Source of the DNA: Malacoraja senta
Taxonomy: Eukaryota
DNA length: 64,000 nucleotides
Direction: 5' to 3'
Assembly (NCBI GenBank): GCA_038087875.1
Contig: CM075988.1
Span: 9,364,001-9,428,000, forward strand
Part shown: piece by piece, positions 54,636-64,000 of the stretch
Position numbering within the stretch: the first letter of the stretch is position 1
Layout: each line of letters opens with the position of its first letter
Notes under the pieces: generated by a model
The model's database searches: none
What the model saw: only the letters and a program-made list of their open reading frames with translations
What the model was told of the DNA's origin: nothing
Translations under genes and position numbers: made by a program

Positions 54636-55705
54636 TCCTTTTTTGACCATTTGCATTAGCTTCTCAAGCCAGCTCTTGGTTTAAGAAAATGATTCTGCTT
54701 CTTCCAATTGCACTCCTGCCAGTCCCATCCTTTGCATCCTGTGGGGCACATTGCCGCTACCTTTAGCTTTGCACTCTTATCCCTTTGATTCTCCACTGCC
54801 TTCTACCCTCTGTCATATCTTTCCTCCATTTGAAGAACCCAAAAACTGCAGATGCTGGTGAATGTAGAAAATGGCACAAAGTGCTGGAGTAACTAAGCAT
54901 GTTAGGCAGCATCTCTGGAGAATATGGACACATGCCATTCACACTATGTCCTACACATTAGGGGCAATTTACAGAAGCCAATTAACATACAAACCTGTAC
55001 ATCTTTGGAATGTGGGGGGATACCGGAGCACCCGAAGAAAACCAATGCGGTCACAGGCAATATGTACAAACTCCATACGGGCTGCATCCACAGCTTGGAT
55101 CAAACTCGGGTATCTAGCTCTGTAAGGCAGCATCTTTACTGCTGTGCCACTGCCCAAGCCAACATTTTGGGACTGAACTTGGGTCAAAAATTGGAAAAAT
55201 CCTCTTTTGCCAATGTGAGCCACTTATCCAATATTCTGTCAAAATGTGTCCTTTTGCGAACATAGCATTGTGTCACACATTGGCATTTCATCACATTTCC
55301 AAAATGTTTTCAATATCTCTCTTTGCAGTAAGCATGTTCTAATGTCAGTATTGATTGCAATGCCGATATTTTTCTCTTTGATTAATTTACTTCAGATAAT
55401 GTTTGCCAGTACGTTAAAGTAATGTTTTCCCTTGCTATGTGTTGAGTTATCAGACGTTTATCCCAGGCAAGACAAATGGTCTCATTAGAGTAAGAAAATA
55501 AGACTCGATCCCCTCCAAGATTTGCCATTGAAAAGTTTGTGTTAAGAATTACACGATTGTGGTTTCCCACTGAAGATGTTCTCTGTAAACTGACAACACC
55601 AATAAAACAGCCTGAAGCACAAAAGTATCAATCAGATCTCAAGGATAGACACAAAATGCTGGATTAGCTCAGCGGGTCAAGCAGCAACTCTGGATAAAAT
55701 GGATA

Positions 55706-55738
55706 GGCGATGTTTCGGGTCGGGACCCTTCTTCAGAC
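55706..55738 (-). ncRNA. Minimal type I hammerhead-like motif in Penelope pLTR (representative copy)
   Basis: gtCTGAAGAa-GGGTC-cc-GACCC-GAAAC-ATC; other copies have GAAACGTC. Confidence 0.6.
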
Positions 55739-56180
55739 CTCTCCTTAATCTCTGATAACATGTGCTAATAGAATAATGAGTGTTGCACCGGTTATTATTA
55801 TTGGATATTAGATCTTCGTGGATGCATATGGTGCTACAAGAAACAGAGAGAGCAACTAAGGGGAGATGGTGGAATGGCAGAGCTGCTATTCAGAAAGACC
55901 AATGCTTCAACACTTAACATCATGTACAGAACTCCCTATGTTCATCAGTAAAAGGAGCACCTGGATAACTTTTAATCTAAAGTAATACTCCTTACTTAAG
56001 TCTAAGGGTAGTTTAAAAAATAAGCATGCTGTCCATTTATCTAACTCCCTGCTTGACATGCTGTGTATAAACAATCTGCTGGATGAATTATACTGTATAA
56101 TGATGGCTACACTTAAATTGTTTGTAAAGTGTTTCAGAATATCCTGACATTCTAAAAGCCAATGAATAATGAAAAAAGTA

Positions 56181-56385
56181 AGGTAGACAAAAATGCTGGA
56201 GAAACTTAACGGGTGAGGCAGCATCTATAGAGCGAAGGAACTAGGCAACGTTTCGGGCCGAAATGCTTCTTCAGGCCCGAAACGTTGCCTATTTCCTTCG
56301 CTCCATAGACCCTGCCTCACCCGCTGAGTTTCTCCAGCATTTTTGTTTACCTTTGATTTTCCAGCATCTGCAGTTCCTTCTTAAA
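56181..56385. repeat. Inverted pair of Penelope pseudo-LTRs
   Basis: aggtagacaaaaatgctggagaaac...gtttctccagcatttttgtttacct. Confidence 0.8.
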
Positions 56386-56617
56386 CATTAATAATAAAAA
56401 AGTTCCTGCTTTTTTTCCTCCAGCAGCTTGTGAGCTGTTTAGTAATTCTTCGAATCACCGGGTAGCGCCAGCAATGGCTGCCTCGCCAACAGTCTGTCTG
56501 ACAATTTCTTCTTCGTTGTTTTTTTTAGTGTGTGTTAATTTTTGTTTTTAGTGTTCTTTAGCTTGTTTTATGTGGGGGGGTGGGGGAGGGGGTTGGGGGA
56601 AACTTTTTCTAATCTCG

Positions 56618-56784
56618 CCAGGGGTCGCCTGTATGGTCGTGAGAGGTCTATGGTCGTGAGAGGTCTCCAAAGAGTCGTAGCATCTTTCTGATCACCGCTG
56701 AATTTTCAACACGTTGAAAAATTTGGCGACCTATGACGGGTGCTGGCAGTCGCCTGTAAAGGTCACATAAATGGGACAGGCCCT
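56618..56784. mobile_element. PIF/Harbinger-like MITE end fragment
   Basis: Ends TGGGACAGGCCCT followed by TAA; partner end not found. Confidence 0.5.
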
Positions 56785-57254
56785 TAATTGGTACATGTGG
56801 CAATAAAAGACCTTTGAAACCTTTGAAATCACCCAACACTTGTTGATCCCAACTATGAAGTGTTTACTGCTGTTGGAAAAGACTGATTCCGTGGGTTAGG
56901 CTGCTTGTGATGAGTGACCATTTTTACACTGAGAATTTGATGATCATGCTTAACAGAATCTTGTTTCTGGGAGATATCTTGGAACATTGAATCAATTGTC
57001 ACAAACACTGGTTGAAACAGGGGCCATTGTATTTTAATATCAGGGAAGAACGTATGTTCCCTTCGAACCTCTGGATGTGCATTCCTGCTCATTCTGGCTG
57101 CCAAAAAAAAATAAAAATAAAACTAGCTCACTCTTCTGTGCTTTCTGTCCTTTTCCTGCACAACTCTCTGGTTAAAATTTCACACAACCAGTTTGTTGTA
57201 TTATCGTGTTCTGAAACTATGTTGTTGAGCACAGGATGTACTGATGTCTTGTGA

Positions 57255-57765
57255 CCATACGTTCTAGGAGCAGAATTAGGCCATTTGGCCCATCGTCCAC
57301 TTTGCCATACTATCATGGCTGATCTATCTTTCCTTCTCAACCCCATTCTCCTGCCTTCTCTCCATAACCCCTGACACCCGTACTAATCAAGAATCTATCG
57401 ATCTCCGCAAAAAAAATATCCATTGACTTGGTCTCCTGTGGCAATAAATTTTGTAGATTCACCACCCTCTGACTAAAGAAATTCCTCCTCATCTCCTTTG
57501 TAAAGGTACGTCCTTTTATTCTGAGGCTATGGCCTCTGCTCCTGAACTCTCCACTAGTGGAAACATCCTCTCCACATCCACTCTATCCAGGCCTTTCACT
57601 ATTAGGTAAGTTTTTCTCTTCATCCTTGTAAACTCCAGTGAGTACGTCCAATGCCGTCAAACGCTCATCGTATGTTAACCCAATCATTCCTGGGATCTTT
57701 CTCGTAAACCTCCTCTGGACTCTCTCCAATGTTAGCACAATCATCAGATATGGGGCCCATAACTG
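57255..57765 (-). mobile_element. CR1 3' end
   Basis: QLWAPYL...LERVQRRFTRKIPGMIGLTYDERLTAL. Confidence 0.9.
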
Positions 57766-57779
57766 AAAGTAGAGGTGTT

Positions 57780-58115
57780 GGGGTGGGGTGGGGGGATGGG
57801 GTGAGGGTGAATAAACTGGAGGCAAGAAAAGAGCAGAACAAATTGGGGCCGGCAACAGATGACCTCAGGAAGGGTGGAGCCTTTAATGGCCCATTGTTGG
57901 CTGGGTAAGGTGTGATAACAAGAGGGATGCCAGCAGAACTAGTAGGATGACTATGGTGGGGGGAAAGGGGGAGAGAAGGAATGCAGGAGTTCTTGAATTT
58001 AGTGAAATAAACTTTCATACCGCTGGGTTGTAAGGTCCCCTAGCGAAATATGAGGTGCCATTAATCTAATTTGTGTATGGCCTCACTGTGACAATGGAAA
58101 AGGCCCAGGATAGAA
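57780..58115 (-). mobile_element. Penelope GIY-YIG C-terminus and 3' region
   Basis: SILGLFHCHSEAIHKL...HLIFR*GTLQPSGM. Confidence 0.75.
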
Positions 58116-59186
58116 TGGTCAGAGGGATAGGATGCTGTGGCCATTTTAACTGCCCACCTGCCCAGATTTTAGCAGTTATTGTGGGTTAAAATTTGGTCTT
58201 TACTTTGCATTGATAAATGTGAAGTATACCTTGCATCAAACCCTTTACTGAATGTTTTTGGCACTTCTCTCATGCTCAGTGGACCCTTGCAAATTAGGCC
58301 ATATATTTTTCTTCCGTTTGCTTAGCTGTTGTTGTACATGGAATTGTTGATAGTGTAATAAGATTATCACTGGTGTGACCTTCAAAGGACAGTCATTCAA
58401 AGTGAATACAAATGGATCATAACTGATTCAAGATTCCAGTTCAGAAGGCAATACTGGGTTTAATGAGGGGGAAGATTATGCATGACTATGAAGAAATATG
58501 GCAAAGAAATTGAGGCAGCTCAACAAACTACTGCATCTATAACAGTGTGAAGTCTAAAAGCTCATTGTTGCAGTTAATTAACTAGATGGGGAGACATCTC
58601 ATTGCACGATAGATAATTCCCAATGACTTAGCCCAACTCGTCTGAATTGAAATAGTTATTAAAATTTCTTTTGAAACTATACTAATCTTGTTACTACACT
58701 GTGAAATGTTTCTACTACTAATTCTAAGGAACCCATAATCCAGAGAATACTATCTTGTGCAGTAAAACAACTCCCAAATCAATTACCGATTCTCAATTAA
58801 AGTGATTTTCAGAATTTAGGTTGTTACTGATGTAGGGATTTAAGAAGTCAGTTCAACCTCCCCAAGATACTAATGTTCAACTGGAATTTATTTGATGCCA
58901 CTTTCAAAACTCACTTTAATAACCCTTCTGCATACTTATAGAAGAAGCAGTCTTAAAGCAACAAGGATCTTTCCATAACCAATGCAAGCGGAGACTGATC
59001 CCATTGACCTAATTTCTCGGTAAATGTCAGTGCTGCTTGCTTGTGGTTATAGGAATGGGAAGATAGGTCTGATGAGCGTGTGGCTGAAGAGATGGTGCAG
59101 GAGGGAGGACTTTAGATTTATGGGGAATGGTGCATCTGAAAAGAACAAGAGGATTGCACTTAAGCTAGAATCCTTATGGGGGAATG

Positions 59187-59715
59187 TTTAAGAAGGAACT
59201 GCAGATGCTGGAAATTCGAAGGTAGCCAAAAATGCTGGAGAAACTCCAGCGGGTGAGGCAGGATCAATGTCTGAATTTAGTCTGAAGAAGGGTTTTCGAC
59301 CCGAAACATTGCATATTTCCTTCGCTCCATCGATGCTGCCTCACCCGCTGAGTTTCTCCAGCATTTTTGTCTACCTTCCTTATGGGGGATGTTGGGATTC
59401 GCTTGGGTAGTTTACACCCCAGGGATTCGCTTGAGTAGTTTACACCCCAGCGGTATGAACATTGACTTCTCTAAATTTAGATAGCTCTTGCCTTCTCCCA
59501 CCTTCTCCCTCCCCCTTCCCACTTCTCACACGTCCTACCCTCTCCGCCTACTTCCTTTCTTTTTCCTGCGCCCCCCCCACAACATCAGTCTGAAGAAGGG
59601 TCTCGACCCAAAACATCGCCAATTCCTTCTCTCCATAGATGCTGCCTCACCCTCTGAGTTTCTCCAGCATTGTTCGTCTACCTTCGATTTTTCCAGCACC
59701 TGCAATTCCTTCTTA
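59187..59715 (+). mobile_element. Penelope fragments: inverted pLTR pair (59187-59378), then GIY-YIG end and pLTR
   Basis: SLHPSGMNIDFSKFR* followed by pyrimidine tract and cagtctgaagaagggtctcgaccc. Confidence 0.8.
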
Positions 59716-59874
59716 AGCATCTTTATGGGGTTGTTTGCTCATGCTGTTGTGGAATGTTTAAACTAATTTAGCTGGGGAATGGTGTGCAGTAGCAGAACAG
59801 CAAGGGATGAGAAACAGACAAGATAGAAGGAAACTAAGTCACACCAGTAGGTGGAGCCAGATTGAATTACATAC

Positions 59875-60180
59875 GGCATGGTGGCACAGCGGTAGAGTTG
59901 CTGCCTTACAGCACGTGCAGCGCTGGAGACCCGGGTTCGATCCCCACTTCGGGTGCTGTCTGTATGGAGTTTGTATGTTTCTCCCCACGACCTGCGTGGG
60001 GTTTCTCCGAGATCTTCGCTTTCCTCCCACACTCCAAGGTTTGTGGGTAAATTGGCCTGGTAAATGTAAAAATTGTCCCTAGTGTGTGTAGGATTGTGTT
60101 AATGTGCAGGGATCGCAGGTCGGCGCGGACTCGGTGGGCCGAAGGTCCTGTTTCCGCGCTGTATCTCGAAACTAACCTAA
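59875..60180 (+). mobile_element. V-SINE, CpG-rich (probably young)
   Basis: Head tggcacagcggtagagttgctgcc, B-box ggttcgatcc, V-domain and tail. Confidence 0.9.
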
Positions 60181-60849
60181 TTTATTTTAATGCGAGGAGA
60201 TGACAAGTAAGTGCATTTTGAAATATCATTTTCTTACTCTCACAGAGATGTGATTAGATGATAGGTCGGATTGCAACTCATTATTCTATTACATCGTGTG
60301 CAGGCATGACAAGAAGAAGTGGAGGAGGAAAAACCCAAGATTCAAGAGTCAAAGTGTCAAGAGGATCCAGAGTGTTTAATTGCCATACGTCCCAGGAAAG
60401 GAGCAATGATATTCTTGCTTGCCGCAGCTTTTGCAGGCTCATTAACACAAATATTATTCAATTGAAATATGATTCATATTGAACAGTTATTCAATATTGA
60501 GATATAAGGAACTACTGATGCTTGTTTTCAAAAAAACACGGTGCTGGAATTATTCAGCGGATCTGAAGAAGGGACCTGACCCAAAGTGTCACTATCCATG
60601 TCCTCCAGAGATGCTGCCTGACTCGCTGAGTTACTCCAGCCCTTTGCATTTTTTAATTCAATATTACTGCAGTAAGGAAGTATAATATCAAAGAAGATTC
60701 CCAAATTAGGCCATATAGTTGGGGCTTTGTTGTTCCCTTTGATCACTTAGTTGATGATATATTGCCATGTACCAAATAGTCAGCAGGGATGTAAGAGCAA
60801 ACATGGAGGTAAAATATACAGGGAGATGTAAAATAATAGGGTAACAGTG

Positions 60850-61172
60850 GGCCATACAGTGGCGCAGCAGGTAGAATTGCTGCCTCGCAGCACCAATGAC
60901 CCGGGTTCAAACCTGACCTCGGGTGCTGCCTGTGTGGAATTTATACGTTCTCCCATGACTGTGCGGGTTCCCCCCGGATACTATAGTTTCCTCTCACATC
61001 CCAAAGACGTGCGGGTTTGTAGGTTAATTGGGCTGTAAATTAAGCCCAAGTGTGGAAGAAGTGGATGCAAAAGTGGGATAACATAGAACTAGTGTGAATG
61101 GGTGATCAATGGCCGGTGTGAACTCGATGGGCTGAAGAGCCTGTTTCCATGCTGTATCTCTAAACTAAACTA
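60850..61172 (+). mobile_element. V-SINE
   Basis: Family match. Confidence 0.85.
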
Positions 61173-62429
61173 AGTAGGAGGGGATTTCACACCATCCCAA
61201 TATTAACTGTGATCACCTTGAAGGGGACAGGATTTTTAAAGAGTCTTCAGGAAATTTTTTAGAGTCAGTGCAATCCCGACCTGAAACATTACCTATCCTT
61301 TCCCTCCACAGATGTTGCCTGACTCGTGAAGTTCCCCCAGCAATTTGTGTTTTGGTTAGAGATGGCCCCACTTCAAAAGAGACAGTATTGCATTGATAGT
61401 TTGGCAATGTGGCCACATAAATCGATCGCGTGTCGCTGGGAAAGCATTTTAAAGATACTGGGAATTAATTGCCACAGAAGGCTGTGGAGACCAAATTAAT
61501 GGATATTTCTAAGGTGGATATTGACAGATTCTTGATTGGTACAGGTGTCAGGGATTATGGGGAGAAGGCAGGAGATTAGGGTTGAGAGGGAAAGATAGAT
61601 TAGCCATAAATGAATGGGGAAGTAGACTTGATGGCCTAATTTTGCTCCTCTAACTTATGAACATGAACTTGTGAAGATAGTGAAGATTGTATTTCCATGT
61701 TTTAAAGTTATCATGGAGAAGAACAAGGATAAGCTGGAAATTAAAGGAGCAACATGGGGCAAATGATTTCAATATAAGATAAGACTAGGTAAAAGTAAAT
61801 TAGGAGCAGCTTCTTGCCAGGTAGGTAAGATCAGTGGGACATTATTGGAAAAATTCTGAAGGACAAAATGCATTTGCACTTAGGGGAATTAATCAGGGAA
61901 ATTTATCATGACTTTTAATGGGAAGTTCATGTATGATTAATGTGAGTGAATCTTTCAAGGAGGTGTAACAGTATGCTGAAGAGGATAATGGATTTTAGAA
62001 AAGTGTTTTGGAAGTTGTGGCATGGAAAACTGGCATGAAAGTTAAGAGTTCATGTGTTCCAGGGCAATTTGATGAATTGGATCTGAAAGGGACTTGGTGA
62101 AGGATGGCAGATGAGAGCCAGGAGCAGAGTTTAATCTTGCAAACTTACTCAGAAACAAGAATTTGAACTAAACCAAGTCAAGAGTTTGTTTTAAGAAAAG
62201 CTCCTGATAGTGTAGGTCCTATGTGAGGCATGGTATGTGTAAGAAGGAACTGCAGATGCTGATTTAAACTGAAGATAGACACAAAAAGCTGGACAATTCT
62301 TCTTTGTGGGTTATGATTTTGAAGTAATTTGGAAAGCAGCTTCCTTATAGCTTGTCATGTCAAATAATGACCTAATATGTGTTCTTGTGATGTGGGCTAT
62401 ATAAAGTCTCTGCATATTCAAACACTAGG

Positions 62430-62720
62430 GGGCGGCACAGTGGCGCAGCAGGAGAGTTGCTGCCTTACAGCGCCAGAAACCCAGGTTCGATCCTGACTAC
62501 AGGCACTCTCTGTCTGGAGTTAGTACATTCTCCCTGTGATCACATGGGTTTTCTCTGGGTGCTACGTTTTCCTCCCACACTCCGAAGACGTACAGGTTTG
62601 TAGATTAATTGGTTTCTGTAAAATTGTCCCTAGTGTGTAGGGTAGTGCTAGTGTATGAGGTGATCACTGGTTAGCATGGACTCAGTGGGCCGAAGGGCCT
62701 ATTTCCACATTGTATCTCTG
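62430..62720 (+). mobile_element. V-SINE
   Basis: Family match. Confidence 0.88.
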
Positions 62721-63138
62721 AAGTCGAAAGCCTAAAGAGTTAAAGGGATAAGCTCCTATGAAATATTCAGATTTAAAATACATTGCAAATTAACTTCGTC
62801 CCTTGAGGAACTCTGCACCTTGAGGTTTTCCCTCATACATTATGGTTAGTTTAGTTATTATGAATAAGAAGTGATTTGCATCAAATCACTTGGACAAGGT
62901 TTGTTGTTAATTGTGATTTATGATGAAGCGTTACAAAAAGCATTGGGACACAATATGAATTTGCTCGGATTAAACTAAAAATATTCATTAATCTATAGTA
63001 AATTGTTAAGGACCCTTCCTCATTAATTTTGCTCACTTCATACATAAAGAAGGCATTTTACAAATCAGATTACTGATATGGTATCTATTCAGACACACAA
63101 ACCATTAAGTGCATTGATCCTAAGTTTTGTTTTGGAAG

Positions 63139-63259
63139 ACAATGTATTGACGGCGAGTCTGAGCTGTCAATACTGAAAAGATCCAGTATTCAGTCCCCGC
63201 ACTGCAATGGAATTTTTGATCCCATTGTGAGCGGCAGTAAGGAGCCTTCAGCGATGGAG
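63139..63259 (+). CDS. Possible internal coding exon of an unidentified host gene
   Basis: ag|...|gt boundaries, one open frame QCIDGESELSILKRSSIQSPHCNGIFDPIVSGSKEPSAME, non-repetitive; weak acceptor and no recognised homology. Confidence 0.3.
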
Positions 63260-63299
63260 GTAAAAATATTACTTTTCACTTCAGATCGTAATAAATAAC

Positions 63300-63485
63300 G
63301 TGTAACTGTGTGTGTGTCAATGTGTGCGTGTATGTGCGTTTGCGTGTATGTGCACGTATGTGTGCTTATATGTTAGTGTGCGTAAGTGTATGTATATGTG
63401 TGTGCATATGTGTGTGTGTATATGTGAGTGTGCGTATATGAGTGTGTGGGTTCATGTGTGCATATGTGTGTGTGTGTGTGTGTTT
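63300..63485. repeat. Degenerate (TG)n microsatellite
   Basis: Directly visible. Confidence 0.9.
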
Positions 63486-63659
63486 ATGAAAATGGATGTG
63501 TGGATATGCATGGATGTGCACCTGTGTTGGTGCGCAGAAGTGGACACCGACCGGGGAGTGCAGGGATGTGCATGCTGGATAGATGTGAGACCATTTGTGT
63601 ACTGTATGCGTGTGTTTTGGTGTGGTGATGTTGCCTGGACAGTGCATGCACTCTTTGAT

Positions 63660-64000
63660 GTTCACAAGTTCACAAGTTATAGGAGTAGAATTAAGCTATT
63701 CGACCCATCGAGTCTACTCCACCATTCATTCATGGCTGATCTCTGCCTCCTAATTCCATTTTCCTGCCTTCTCCCCATAACCCTTGACACCCGTTCTAAT
63801 CAAAAATTTGTCTATCTCTGCCTTAAAAAATATCCAATGACTTGGGCTCCACATCACTCTGTGGCAATGAGTTCCACAGATTAACTACCATTCTGAAAAA
63901 AGAAGTCCCTCCTCACCTCCTAAAAGAGCACCCTTTAATTCCGAGGCTATGACCTATGGTCCTAGACTCTACCACCAGTGGAAACATCCTTTCCACACCC
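63660..64000 (-). mobile_element. CR1 3' end running off the window
   Basis: Same sequence as 1970-2327 and 57255-57590. Confidence 0.88.

Noticed and set aside
59875..59950. tRNA gene-like sequences
   Set aside because: SINE heads that run into a V-domain and LINE-type tail.
63144..63240. H/ACA snoRNA
   Set aside because: Two hairpins and an ANANNA are present, but no correctly placed ACA tail.

Overview
Repeat-dense eukaryotic DNA, intronic or intergenic. The repeat repertoire (HE1/V-SINEs with CR1-type tails, DeuSINE, Penelope pseudo-LTRs) points to a cartilaginous fish, probably a skate or ray (inference). No host protein-coding gene could be identified with confidence; there is one weak exon candidate near 63.1 kb. 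About 17 kb consists of four decayed DIRS1-type tyrosine-recombinase retrotransposons with ITR/ICR termini and gag, RT/RNase H, methyltransferase-like and recombinase remnants. Also present: a non-autonomous Helitron nested in a CR1 and carrying a DIRS, an internally deleted Gypsy LTR element, two hAT-like elements with 7-bp TSDs, CR1, Rex/Babar, RTE and Penelope fragments, microsatellites and a 200-N gap. The most notable observations are (1) a 139-bp TSD-flanked retroposon whose first 54 nt fold as a minimal HDV/CPEB3-like ribozyme, (2) many Penelope termini with a very minimal hammerhead-ribozyme motif, and (3) a putative spliceosomal 5'-UTR intron conserved in all four DIRS copies. All calls were made by eye; boundaries of decayed repeats are approximate.
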